Shown here: positions 1 to 8,548 of the stretch, piece by piece
Layout of the letters: every line of letters begins with the position of its first letter
Position numbering within the stretch: the first letter of the stretch is position 1
IMG/VR virus record: IMGVR_UViG_3300020048_000101
Span: 54,363 to 74,362 of that record
Length of the DNA stretch: 20,000 bases
Strand: one strand, 5' to 3'
From: an uncultured virus (IMG/VR IMGVR_UViG_3300020048_000101)
Taxonomy: Duplodnaviria > Heunggongvirae > Uroviricota > Caudoviricetes
Notes under the pieces: model-generated
Told to the model about the DNA's origin: nothing
Seen by the model: only the letters and a program-made list of their open reading frames with translations
Database searches by the model: none
Made by a program: the position numbers and the translations under genes

Positions 1-484
1 AATTAAATATTTTTACGTAATAAGTGTGGATATCAATATTTGATAATGTGGTGTAATGTTCACCTTTCGAATTCGTAAAAGCGCCGCCCTCCCACGTAAC
101 AATAACTTGATATTCTTTAGGTAACGATTTATAAATGTCATTAACTCGTTTTTCTAAATTTCTACGATTTGCGTAGGAAACCTCCTGAATTTCTTCGTGA
201 TTTTTAAGGTAAAATGTACCACAACTTGTATCGTTTCGACCTATTTCTAAATCCTCAACCCAGTAAGGTTTAATTTCCCCATTATAGTATTCAGATACTT
301 TAACCATATCAACAATTAAGTTAATAAACATTTGTGATTGATATTTTTCAAATACCTCACTTTTTTCCCAACCAATAATAAAAGGGTATTTTTTGCTAAC
401 CCCTTTCACAACCAAATCAATTCCTTTAATTTGGTTTGGGCTTAATGGGGGTCTAGTTACTTTTGTCTCAGAACTTGTACTCAT
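1..484 (-). CDS. Hypothetical protein, 3'-truncated by the window edge (>=161 aa, MSTSSETKVTRPPLSPNQIKGIDLVVKG...)
   Basis: Translated by hand: ATG at 484, open to position 2 with no stop. Absent from the ORF track. TATTTAT and TATATTTG motifs lie just upstream. Confidence 0.8.
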   Translation of the reverse strand, partial: MSTSSETKVTRPPLSPNQIKGIDLVVKGVSKKYPFIIGWEKSEVFEKYQSQMFINLIVDMVKVSEYYNGEIKPYWVEDLEIGRNDTSCGTFYLKNHEEIQEVSYANRRNLEKRVNDIYKSLPKEYQVIVTWEGGAFTNSKGEHYTTLSNIDIHTYYVKIFN

Positions 485-488
485 AAAT

Positions 489-506
489 CAAATATAAATA
501 TAAATA
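489..506 (-). promoter_or_regulatory. Overlapping TATTTAT x2 and TATATTTG motifs upstream of the minus-strand gene
   Basis: Minus strand reads TATTTATATTTATATTTG, 4 nt before the ATG at 484. Confidence 0.5.
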
Positions 507-534
507 TCGTGTTGTTTTATAATCTCAAATGTTT

Positions 535-542
535 TATATTTG
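535..542 (+). promoter_or_regulatory. Bacteroidota-type -7 promoter element TATATTTG
   Basis: Matches the TAnnTTTG consensus, 4 nt before the in-frame ATG at 547. Confidence 0.6.
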
Positions 543-546
543 TTCT

Positions 547-1305
547 ATGGAAAATTTTTATTTATCGGATGAGGAAATGTCAGAATACTTAAACTCAATT
601 GGTGGGTTGTGTAATGGGTATTTTACGGATAAAGGTCCTATAGTTGACCCAGGTTTCTTTTGTGTTAGTAATGGGTGGTTTGGGTTGATTAAGTCATTAA
701 TAAATGATTTAACTGATTTAGGTTGGAATAAAGAAACTACTCAAGTTAAAGAAAAGTTTGGTGGATTAAGATTTTATATCAATGCTGGTAGTGATGAAAT
801 CCATCAAAGGATAGGTCAAGCTGAAAAAGATAGTTATACCGTTTGTGAAAAATGTGGTGAATCTGGTGAGTTAAGAAAAGACATTGGATGGTATTTTACA
901 TTATGTGATACCCACCATAAGTTAACTAAAAATGGTAAAACTAAAGTGAGTTTCGATTATGATGGAACTTTAGCATTACCATCGGTTGAGAGTTTCGCTA
1001 AAGAATTAGTTAATGATGGTTATGATGTGTGGGTAGTAACGTCACGAGTTGGTGATGATGAAACCCCCAATTTAAATGATGATTTATGGGGGAGTTGTGA
1101 AAGGATTGGAATCCCGAAACATAAAGTTAAATTCACCAATTTTGCGGATAAGATTGATTTCTTAAAAGATAGGGGGTTTGCGTTCCATTTAGATGATGAC
1201 TTATATGAATTAACCTCTATTATGGAAACTAAAGATAGTTGTCAACCATTGAATGTTGGTCATTCGGATTGGAAAATAAATTGTTTAGAAGTATTAAAAA
1301 AATAA
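547..1305 (+). CDS. Fusion of a conserved phage domain (QVKEKFGGLRFY, CxxC...CxxH) and a C-terminal HAD-like phosphatase
   Basis: HAD motifs: FDYDGT, VVTSR, a Lys and HLDDD. Start moved from 529 to 547 because the promoter motif lies between them. Confidence 0.7.
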   Translation: MENFYLSDEEMSEYLNSIGGLCNGYFTDKGPIVDPGFFCVSNGWFGLIKSLINDLTDLGWNKETTQVKEKFGGLRFYINAGSDEIHQRIGQAEKDSYTVCEKCGESGELRKDIGWYFTLCDTHHKLTKNGKTKVSFDYDGTLALPSVESFAKELVNDGYDVWVVTSRVGDDETPNLNDDLWGSCERIGIPKHKVKFTNFADKIDFLKDRGFAFHLDDDLYELTSIMETKDSCQPLNVGHSDWKINCLEVLKK

Positions 1306-1308
1306 TAG

Positions 1309-1464
1309 ATGACAAAAGAAAAAGACCCTAAATCAGGTAGTGTTGACTTAGGTGAATTTATAGTTCGTTGGGATTATAATGGGGAAGGACAAATAACCGT
1401 TTCATTAAATAATGAACACGATAAACTCATCCAAAGTGTTGAGCATACTAAATCGAGAATGTAA
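1309..1464 (+). CDS. Small hypothetical protein (51 aa, MTKEKDPKSGSVDLGEF...)
   Basis: Hand-translated. Fills the gap exactly and has a TAATG overlap with the next gene. Confidence 0.7.
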   Translation: MTKEKDPKSGSVDLGEFIVRWDYNGEGQITVSLNNEHDKLIQSVEHTKSRM

Positions 1465-1832
1465 TGTATGAAAAATTGGCAAAAGTTTATAAAGAAAAGG
1501 TTTTAAAAACTCTTGAGAAATGTGAAATGATTAAGGTTGAACATATGATATATGTTATTAATCCACAAAATAAACAATGGTTTTTTAATGTGAATTTGGA
1601 TATTTTATATGTTGGATATAATTTTTGGTATTTCAGAATATTAGATAGATTATATGGGTTTAAACCATCCCAAGGTAATGAACTTTTATTAACCATAGTT
1701 AAAACTAAATTAAAGGATTATACAGGTGAGACGGGAGAAATAATTAAATCGTTAGTTGAATGGGATGTACAACCATCATTTATGGATTATGAAATCCTTG
1801 ATAAAATATTAAAAAATTATAGTAATGATTGA
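1464..1832 (+). CDS. Hypothetical protein, probable paralog of 15268..15810
   Basis: IYVINPQNKQWFF aligns with IWFINPETKFWYF; FRILDRLY aligns with FNIFKDLY. Confidence 0.75.
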   Translation: MYEKLAKVYKEKVLKTLEKCEMIKVEHMIYVINPQNKQWFFNVNLDILYVGYNFWYFRILDRLYGFKPSQGNELLLTIVKTKLKDYTGETGEIIKSLVEWDVQPSFMDYEILDKILKNYSND

Positions 1833-2082
1833 AAAAATTATTGATACATTTGAGGGTGAAACCTTCTTAAAGGCCGATGGTTTTGATGATGCCATTATTG
1901 GTGTTGATGAAAGTACGATGAGGTTGATATACTCAGTAAGTAAATCAATTGAAATCCTAATGAAAGATGATATGTCATATGAAGACGCCATTGATTATTT
2001 CTATTTCAATGTGAGTGGCTCATATGTCGGAGAAAAAACACCAATATGGTGTTATGACAAAAGTTTAATAGAAACCAAATAA
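1825..2082 (+). CDS. Conserved phage hypothetical protein
   Basis: ADGFDDAIIG...FNVSGSYVGEKTPIW pattern recalled from phage hypothetical proteins; overlaps the previous gene. Confidence 0.8.
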   Translation: MIEKIIDTFEGETFLKADGFDDAIIGVDESTMRLIYSVSKSIEILMKDDMSYEDAIDYFYFNVSGSYVGEKTPIWCYDKSLIETK

Positions 2083-2094
2083 TAACATAGTACT

Positions 2095-2250
2095 ATGACA
2101 GAAGTTAAAACATTTGAGTTGGTTCACGGGAGTGATAACATAACAACAATCAAAACAATTAGTGATGTATTAGAATCCTTTGGGTTAACAATCCATACCC
2201 TTGAGATTGGGGATGAGATAACAACCTATTCAATTGAAGTATTAAGTTAA
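2095..2250 (+). CDS. Small hypothetical protein (51 aa, MTEVKTFELVHG...)
   Basis: Hand-translated ATG..TAA filling the gap. Confidence 0.65.
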   Translation: MTEVKTFELVHGSDNITTIKTISDVLESFGLTIHTLEIGDEITTYSIEVLS

Positions 2251-2254
2251 AAGT

Positions 2255-2282
2255 TTACATAAACGTAATGTTATAATAACAT
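2255..2282 (+). promoter_or_regulatory. Possible Pho-box-like 11-bp periodic direct repeats
   Basis: TTACAT (2255), TAATGT (2266) and TAACAT (2277) upstream of the GT2/PlcP-like pair. Confidence 0.3.
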
Positions 2283-2313
2283 AAGTAATCATACTTAAAA
2301 GATAATTATAGGT

Positions 2314-3021
2314 ATGAAATTACATCAACTATTGACTATTGTTATACCTTGTAAAAATGAGGGTAAAATTATTGACACTACGTTAAATTTATTGAATCAT
2401 CAAGAAAAAATTGAATACGTTAAAGTGGTGGTTTGTGATTCTTCGGATGATAATATTACTAATCAATTGTTAACGAATAGGGTTAATGATAAGTTTAACT
2501 TAGTTGTGACTAATGGTGGTTTACCTTCAATTGCTAGAAACGTTGGGTTTGAATTTTGTAACACACCATATGTTTTATTTATGGATGCTGACGTTTTTGT
2601 TTTAGATTACGATTTGTTAGTAAATTGTATGACTGACATCATTACTGATGATTTAGAATTAGTTACTTGTAAATTCAGAAGTACAACAGGAGAATACAAT
2701 AATGTATTTAGATTTTTTGATACTATTCAGAAAATATCAAAACCATTAACACCATTTGCGTTAGGTGGTTTTATGTTATTGAAATCTAATAAGTTTATTG
2801 AGATTGGTAAATTTAACGAAAACGCTAAAGTTGCTGAGGATTACTTATTATCAAAAAAAATCAGGTCATATAAATTCAGGGTTTATAATTCAACCGTGTT
2901 TACGACACCTAGACGATTTAAATCTAAAGGATTGTATTATATGTTGAAATTAATGATAAACTCAATAATTCATAGAGATAATGAAAATTATTTTGAGAAT
3001 GATAACAACTATTGGAAATGA
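2314..3021 (+). CDS. Family 2 glycosyltransferase (GT-A fold)
   Basis: LTIVIPCKNE, VVVCDSSDD, ARNVG, LFMDAD (DxD), GGF-like IGKF, AED and TTPRRF motifs. Confidence 0.92.
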   Translation: MKLHQLLTIVIPCKNEGKIIDTTLNLLNHQEKIEYVKVVVCDSSDDNITNQLLTNRVNDKFNLVVTNGGLPSIARNVGFEFCNTPYVLFMDADVFVLDYDLLVNCMTDIITDDLELVTCKFRSTTGEYNNVFRFFDTIQKISKPLTPFALGGFMLLKSNKFIEIGKFNENAKVAEDYLLSKKIRSYKFRVYNSTVFTTPRRFKSKGLYYMLKLMINSIIHRDNENYFENDNNYWK

Positions 3022-3728
3022 AGTGGAGAACTATAATTATGAGTGATTTACACTTAGGTGCCAGACAATCACAAACTGATAAAATTCTGAAATTTTTAGA
3101 GGAAAATACTTCGGAAAAAATAATATTGAATGGTGATATTATTGATGGATGGGCGTTAAAGGGTAAAGGTAAGTGGACCGTTGAATGTAATAAAATCCTT
3201 AGACGATTTATGAAGATGTCCGAAAAGGGTGTTGACGTTGTTTGGGTCAGAGGTAATCACGATGACTTCTTAAAAGGGTTTATTCCATTTACAATTAATA
3301 ACATTGAGATTGTTAGAACTCACGTACATTATGGTCTTGATGGTAGACGATACTTTTGTTTTCACGGGGATGTTTTAGATTTTGTTATTATGAAGATGAG
3401 GTGGCTAGCAGTTGTTGGGGGTTATTCTTATGATATTGTTATTAAATTTAACACCTGGTATAATAAAATTAGAAAAATGTTTAATTTACCATATCATTCA
3501 TTAGCAAATGTAATTAAACAATCAGTTAAGGGTGCAATAAATTTTGTGTCAGATTTTGAAACTAATGCCAAAAATTTAGCAGAACAAAAAGGGTATGATG
3601 TTGCGGTTTGTGGACACATCCATCTACCTAAAATTGAGGAAAAATATATGAACTCAGGTGACTTTTGTGAGAACACTACTTGTCTTGTTGAGGATATGTC
3701 AGGTAATTGGTCAATTATTACCGTGTAA
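3018..3728 (+). CDS. Calcineurin-like metallophosphoesterase, LpxH/PlcP-like
   Basis: SDLHLG, GDIIDGW, GNHD, HGDVLD, GHIH and NSGDF motifs. ATG at 3018 forms an ATGA overlap with the GT2 stop. Confidence 0.9.
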   Translation: MKWRTIIMSDLHLGARQSQTDKILKFLEENTSEKIILNGDIIDGWALKGKGKWTVECNKILRRFMKMSEKGVDVVWVRGNHDDFLKGFIPFTINNIEIVRTHVHYGLDGRRYFCFHGDVLDFVIMKMRWLAVVGGYSYDIVIKFNTWYNKIRKMFNLPYHSLANVIKQSVKGAINFVSDFETNAKNLAEQKGYDVAVCGHIHLPKIEEKYMNSGDFCENTTCLVEDMSGNWSIITV

Positions 3729-3747
3729 CATTAATTTTATATTAATT

Positions 3748-3779
3748 AAAACCCCATTCTTAAAGTTTGGGGTTTTTTT
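3748..3779 (+). terminator. Intrinsic terminator
   Basis: AAAACCCCA...TGGGGTTTT stem followed by a T run. Confidence 0.75.
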
Positions 3780-3780
3780 G

Positions 3781-3812
3781 TTGGATAAATCATTTAATTA
3801 TTGTTATCTTTA
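3781..3812 (+). promoter_or_regulatory. Probable Bacteroidota-type promoter (TTG...TATCTTTA variant)
   Basis: One mismatch to TAnnTTTG. Follows a terminator and precedes a long gene run. Confidence 0.4.
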
Positions 3813-3829
3813 AATAAAAAAATAAGCAG

Positions 3830-4099
3830 ATGAGTATCTCAATTAGTGTTGATTTAGATGAGGTTTATGACCAAATGGATTCTTGGGATAAGAATAGTAT
3901 GTTGGATTATTTACGTGAGGATGGTTATTTAACAGATGAACCATCCGGTATAAATGACGGAGTATCAATCGTAATACCTAGTGACTCATCAATGGGACAA
4001 GAAGAACATTTAAGATTGGTTTCAAAATTAGGGGGTTTATATTTTCGCATTAGTGATGAGGATATGGAAATAATTCGTAATATTGTTAAAAAGTATTAG
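3830..4099 (+). CDS. Hypothetical protein
   Basis: ORF track, 89 aa, first gene of a tightly packed run. Confidence 0.75.
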   Translation: MSISISVDLDEVYDQMDSWDKNSMLDYLREDGYLTDEPSGINDGVSIVIPSDSSMGQEEHLRLVSKLGGLYFRISDEDMEIIRNIVKKY

Positions 4100-4103
4100 A
4101 CTT

Positions 4104-4334
4104 ATGAAAAACAAGAAAGGTAAAGTTGAGATAAATAATAGAACTGCAATAACGGCGGATTTAAATGGTTTTTGTGTTTATTCAAAAGAACACGATTTCA
4201 TTGAGCTAACTGAATGGACTAATGGTGATGGGTTTGATGTTCTTATCAGTTCTCACAATGATAAATCATTTTCATTAACTAGAGGTCAATTTGATGCTAT
4301 AAAAACATTAGTAAAAAAATTAAATAAATTATGA
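4104..4334 (+). CDS. Hypothetical phage protein
   Basis: In-frame ATG at 4104 just after the previous stop; contains FIELTEWTNGDGFDV. Confidence 0.75.
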   Translation: MKNKKGKVEINNRTAITADLNGFCVYSKEHDFIELTEWTNGDGFDVLISSHNDKSFSLTRGQFDAIKTLVKKLNKL

Positions 4335-4594
4335 GAAAAACATTATTAGGGTTAGTTTTAGGTCTTGGGTTATTTTCCTGTACGGAAAACTCAAGAATTA
4401 AAAATTTCGGTGGTGAAGGTGATTTAGATTTGCCGTCAGGAAATAAATTAGTTAATGTGACTTGGAAGGAAAACCAAATTTGGTATTTGACAAGACCAAT
4501 GACATCAACAGATGAGGCGGTTACTTACACATTCAAAGAAGAATCATCTTTCGGTGTATTACAAGGTACATTTTTTATTCACGAACATAAATAG
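4331..4594 (+). CDS. Small lipoprotein
   Basis: Signal peptide MRKTLLGLVLGLGLFS-C with lipobox; ATGA-type overlap region with the upstream gene. Confidence 0.8.
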   Translation: MRKTLLGLVLGLGLFSCTENSRIKNFGGEGDLDLPSGNKLVNVTWKENQIWYLTRPMTSTDEAVTYTFKEESSFGVLQGTFFIHEHK

Positions 4595-4599
4595 AAATT

Positions 4600-4788
4600 A
4601 TGAAGTTTGACTTATGTGATGACCAAATCCAAAAATTGGATGAGTGGAAAAAATCTATTAAAATTGTATTTGGTGAATATGGACTATTCACTTATAAATT
4701 TACACCAACAGGTATTGGAACCTCCGTTGAGGTGTATAGTGAGTTAGCTGATGTTTCATTAGATTTAACAGAAATTGATAAATGGTAA
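4600..4788 (+). CDS. Small phage hypothetical protein (YKFTPTGIG motif)
   Basis: ORF track, tight packing. Confidence 0.75.
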   Translation: MKFDLCDDQIQKLDEWKKSIKIVFGEYGLFTYKFTPTGIGTSVEVYSELADVSLDLTEIDKW

Positions 4789-4800
4789 AAATATGAAATT

Positions 4801-5229
4801 ATGCTAGACGAAAAAGTGTTAAGGTATGTTGACCGTTTGGAATCCGAATGGGAAGAACACGGGAAGATAATAATTGGTCTTGATTTTGATGATACAATCT
4901 TCCCTTGGAAAATGGACGACTTTGATTTTGATTCGGTCATTCGAACTATTAAAATGGCCAAAGAAACAGGTGCATACATTGTTATCTTTACGGCGTCTAA
5001 AGTTGAACGTTATCCTGAGATTATAAAATTTTGTGAGTCTAAAGATATTGAGATTGACGGAATAAATGAACCACCTATTGAAACGGAATATGGTAATCTT
5101 GGAAAGATGTTTGCTAACATTTACATTGATGATAGAGCTGGGTTGCACGAATCTTTAGAAATACTAACATTGGCAATGTACAGAATCCGAGGTAAGAGAA
5201 CATCTAAGTTTAATGAGACTTTAAAATGA
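4801..5229 (+). CDS. Capless HAD-superfamily hydrolase
   Basis: GLDFDDT, IFTAS, a Lys and IYIDDRAG motifs. Confidence 0.8.
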   Translation: MLDEKVLRYVDRLESEWEEHGKIIIGLDFDDTIFPWKMDDFDFDSVIRTIKMAKETGAYIVIFTASKVERYPEIIKFCESKDIEIDGINEPPIETEYGNLGKMFANIYIDDRAGLHESLEILTLAMYRIRGKRTSKFNETLK

Positions 5230-5540
5230 AAGATATGTTAAAAATTTGGGGTGAATCATTATTGGAACCATTTAAAAATGTGGTTAAGATATTAACTAAC
5301 AAAAGTTTTTGGAAATGGGTTATTGCTACTATGTTAATAGTTATGTCACCAATTGTGGTTTTTTATGGTTTGGTTTACTTATTTTTAATTGTCACTTCAT
5401 TTATATGTTGGGTTTTACCTGGTAGTTTTCCAATACCTTTTTATCATCCATTAATTGGTATGGGTGTAGATAGGTTTTTTATATTGATTGGGGTTATTAT
5501 TTTTATAGTGTTTGAATTAGAAACAAAAAAGGTTAAATAG
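5226..5540 (+). CDS. Membrane protein
   Basis: Long hydrophobic segments; ATGA overlap. Confidence 0.7.
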   Translation: MKDMLKIWGESLLEPFKNVVKILTNKSFWKWVIATMLIVMSPIVVFYGLVYLFLIVTSFICWVLPGSFPIPFYHPLIGMGVDRFFILIGVIIFIVFELETKKVK

Positions 5541-5542
5541 AT

Positions 5543-5704
5543 ATGGGAAAGAGAAATATTTGGGAAGAATTAAAGTTACGTATTGGCGCGGTGGCTTTCG
5601 GTATATTCATTTGGTCAATGGGAATGACTGATGAAGAATATTTTGACGCTATTTACGAACAAGAAAAGGGGTTAAAAGAAAAGACCGATGAGTCAGAGGA
5701 TTAA
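5543..5704 (+). CDS. Small hypothetical protein (53 aa, MGKRNIWEELKLRIG...)
   Basis: Hand-translated; starts 2 nt after the previous stop. Confidence 0.7.
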   Translation: MGKRNIWEELKLRIGAVAFGIFIWSMGMTDEEYFDAIYEQEKGLKEKTDESED

Positions 5705-5864
5705 GATTTCATTTGAAAGAGAGGGTCGGTACACAGTTATTGACCCCCAAGACATTGCGGAAACAAATAAACGTATTAAAAAAGAAATGACACCAATCAT
5801 TCGAGAGTTTGAAAGGAAACAATTTGAATCTTGGTTACAATCGGGTAAAAATATTAAGTTATGA
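5688..5864 (+). CDS. Small hypothetical protein (58 aa, MSQRIKISFEREG...)
   Basis: Hand-translated; ATGA overlap with the gene at 5861. Confidence 0.7.
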   Translation: MSQRIKISFEREGRYTVIDPQDIAETNKRIKKEMTPIIREFERKQFESWLQSGKNIKL

Positions 5865-6235
5865 GATACACTAGAGAAAACATATTGAATTTAAGAAAAC
5901 AATTAATTAAATATTGTTCAGAAACTAATCTTCGTGACATTGAATTTCTCACTGAGAAATTAATAGACTACCCTACTATGGTGGAAGTTGTTACTGAGTT
6001 AGGTGAAGTACCTAATGGGTACATTAAGACTGAATATGTTTCAACAGGACACGGTGCTTTCGGGGAACCTGAAGGTTATACTATACGTAGAGTTTGTGGT
6101 AGTGGTGATTTAGATAATCGTAGGGTTATGGTGTTTTTAGATTCAGAAGGTGTTCCGGTATTTGCTTGTAATAGAGACGTTGAAAATTTAATTAATATAG
6201 CTAAAGAAGCTCATTCAAATAGTTTTACAATATGA
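5861..6235 (+). CDS. Hypothetical protein
   Basis: ORF track; ATGA overlaps at both ends. Confidence 0.75.
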   Translation: MRYTRENILNLRKQLIKYCSETNLRDIEFLTEKLIDYPTMVEVVTELGEVPNGYIKTEYVSTGHGAFGEPEGYTIRRVCGSGDLDNRRVMVFLDSEGVPVFACNRDVENLINIAKEAHSNSFTI

Positions 6236-6792
6236 AAGATAATAAAGAAAAAGAAATCACCCAAGAGGAGATTAATGAAATTGAAAGATTAACAGGCGGT
6301 AAAATTGGGACACATATATTTGGACCAAATAATGAACACTCATTAGAAAATTCATTATTATCCCCCGACGGAACATATGTTGGTAGTATTAAAGAGGCAA
6401 GATGGTATGTGAGTAATCAGATGATGATTGATGAACAATATCCCCACGGAGTTGCTGCGGTAATCACACCTGAAACATATGGGACCGATAATCCTGTGAT
6501 TGAAGGTATGTGTGGTTATACTCATAGAGGCGCACAATTATTTAGGATTGGTGATAGATTATTTGATGGTAAATATAAACCAACAAAAGAAGATTACCCT
6601 GAAGATGAATGGAATCTATATGAAGAAAATTTCAAAAAATTGTACGAGGAAGAAGATGAATTAGGTAAAAAATGGATGGATGCGGATGGGTTATCATATG
6701 TGATACCATTCAAGTTAAGAGGTTCTAAGATTATTGAAACTATGGAAGACGCTTTTGAGGCTGCTAAAAATATGTCAGATTATTTGAGTTAA
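6232..6792 (+). CDS. Hypothetical phage protein
   Basis: ORF track, 186 aa, acidic. Confidence 0.8.
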   Translation: MKDNKEKEITQEEINEIERLTGGKIGTHIFGPNNEHSLENSLLSPDGTYVGSIKEARWYVSNQMMIDEQYPHGVAAVITPETYGTDNPVIEGMCGYTHRGAQLFRIGDRLFDGKYKPTKEDYPEDEWNLYEENFKKLYEEEDELGKKWMDADGLSYVIPFKLRGSKIIETMEDAFEAAKNMSDYLS

Positions 6793-6793
6793 A

Positions 6794-7291
6794 ATGAGTG
6801 ATTGGAAAGACGAGATTGAATTACCCTCAGATGATGAGTATTCAAAATTTATGGATAATATTTTTAATAAAAATAATAATATGATTGCTGCAAAATGTAA
6901 TAGATGTAACACATATGGTAATTGTATGTGTAATTTTAATGACGATATGGTTCGGTATAGTGAGACCTGTTCCTGTAATCCAAAAAATGGGGGTTCAGGT
7001 ATATGTGGTTGTGTTATGGCGAACACAATGGTCCCCAACCCAAAGAAATATGGGACACCAGTAATTAATACTCCATATCAACCATTTCTAAGTCATAAGA
7101 TTAATCAAACTAATAACATATCTAAAAATGATGTTATACTTGAAAAAATTAAATTAGAGTTGTATACTAAAATTAGTGAATTAAAAAATGAAACCGATAA
7201 TGGTAACGTTTTCATTAAAACATATAATGATGGTCAAATTAGTGGTATTGAAAAGGCGATTGAATTAATAAATAAAAAATATGACAAGTAG
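6794..7291 (+). CDS. Cys-rich hypothetical protein, possibly metal-binding
   Basis: CNRC...CMC...CSCNPKNGGSGICGC. Confidence 0.75.
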   Translation: MSDWKDEIELPSDDEYSKFMDNIFNKNNNMIAAKCNRCNTYGNCMCNFNDDMVRYSETCSCNPKNGGSGICGCVMANTMVPNPKKYGTPVINTPYQPFLSHKINQTNNISKNDVILEKIKLELYTKISELKNETDNGNVFIKTYNDGQISGIEKAIELINKKYDK

Positions 7292-7535
7292 AGATTTTGC
7301 GTTTTTCTTACAGGGTTATTTTGAAATATCTGACCCTAAAGAGATTGGTCCTGATGAGACCGAAATGATTAAAAGACATTTGAATCTTGTATTCAAACAC
7401 GAGATTGACCCAAGTATGGGTGATGAGAAACATCAACAAGTGTTAAATGAAATTCATAGTGGTAATGGGACTGCAGGACCATCAACTATTTTTCCGTTGA
7501 ATAATAACCCAAATGATGGTGTATTGAGGTGTTAA
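7281..7535 (+). CDS. Hypothetical phage protein
   Basis: ORF track, 84 aa (MTSRDFAFFLQGYFEI). Confidence 0.75.
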   Translation: MTSRDFAFFLQGYFEISDPKEIGPDETEMIKRHLNLVFKHEIDPSMGDEKHQQVLNEIHSGNGTAGPSTIFPLNNNPNDGVLRC

Positions 7536-7537
7536 TA

Positions 7538-8056
7538 TTACATAAACATACCATCAACACCGAATTTTCTAAATAATTTACTTCTTCGTTTACAAGAACT
7601 ACTTCTTTTATTTGATTTTTTACCAAAAATTAGTTTAGCGAGTTTAATAACTATCATTAATATAATAGTTCCAGCAACTACCGCAATTGCTACAGGTGGG
7701 ACTGCAACACCAAGAATCATAATTGGAACCGCTTGTTCTTGAATAGGTTGTTGTGGTTGTTTTTGTAATGTTGATATTTTTTTAAGTTCTGATTTTAACA
7801 CATCAATATTATTAATGTTGTTGATTTTTTCTTGAATTTCAGATAATTTACCTTGATATTCGTTTTGAGGTATGTCAACAGGACAATCAGGGGACAATTC
7901 TTCAATTTCATCCGCAGCAATAGGTGTAACATTAGATTGTGATAACACATTATTTAATGTTTGTAATTCTGATGTTAAATCAGTTGACTCTATCTGTTCG
8001 TATAGACTTTTAATGTGTGTTCTATCTGATTCTGTGATAATAAATTTTCTAGTCAT
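7538..8056 (-). CDS. Membrane-anchored protein with an N-terminal IITE leader
   Basis: MTRKFIITES leader, C-terminal hydrophobic helix and basic tail; TATTTAT upstream. Confidence 0.8.
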   Translation of the reverse strand: MTRKFIITESDRTHIKSLYEQIESTDLTSELQTLNNVLSQSNVTPIAADEIEELSPDCPVDIPQNEYQGKLSEIQEKINNINNIDVLKSELKKISTLQKQPQQPIQEQAVPIMILGVAVPPVAIAVVAGTIILMIVIKLAKLIFGKKSNKRSSSCKRRSKLFRKFGVDGMFM

Positions 8057-8078
8057 AATTGGAATTATCTTAATTAAT

Positions 8079-8129
8079 TAATAAATATAACCCCGGCATA
8101 AAAATGTTGGGGTTTTGTTATATTTATTA
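8079..8129. promoter_or_regulatory. Divergent pair of TATTTAT motifs around a central hairpin
   Basis: Perfect 12-bp inverted repeat TAATAAATATAA (8079-8090) / TTATATTTATTA (8118-8129). Inner stem AACCCCGGCAT-AAAA-ATGTTGGGGTT. Confidence 0.65.
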
Positions 8130-8131
8130 GT

Positions 8132-8548
8132 ATGAAAATAATCATCAGTGAAAATAAAGTTAAGACGATTAAACGTTTAATTAAACGTCAAGGTGTTGAG
8201 AATGTTGTCCAACTAATGGGTGGTTGGAAAACTTTTAGTGAAGTTTTAGAATTTAAAAACCCAATGGATTTCTTACATCTGTTTGATGATTTGGAAGTTG
8301 TACAATCAGAAGAAAAACCTGATTTGTTATTATTTCGTTATGAAAAAGGTAATAATATAATGCTTTACCGTAAAAGTAATGAAGATATTTTTGTCAATAG
8401 TCGTGAAATTTACAAAATTATGGATGAAAAATTTAGCCTCATATTTCCTGTATTTGTTAGACTTATTGAGAGTTGGGTGGATAAGGTCTATAATTTAAAA
8501 GTAGGGAATGTGTATACTGCAAATAGGGGTGACGCTATAATTGTGTGA
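8132..8548 (+). CDS. Hypothetical protein, MKIIISE family
   Basis: First ~35 aa paralogous to 8572..9063. C-terminal WVDKVYNLKV resembles the repeat unit in 15268..15810. Confidence 0.8.
   Translation: MKIIISENKVKTIKRLIKRQGVENVVQLMGGWKTFSEVLEFKNPMDFLHLFDDLEVVQSEEKPDLLLFRYEKGNNIMLYRKSNEDIFVNSREIYKIMDEKFSLIFPVFVRLIESWVDKVYNLKVGNVYTANRGDAIIV

Noticed and set aside
493..506. TATAAATA as a T4-type late promoter on the + strand
   Set aside because: Elsewhere in the window the motif is consistently oriented as TATTTAT on the coding strand, so it more likely serves the minus-strand gene.
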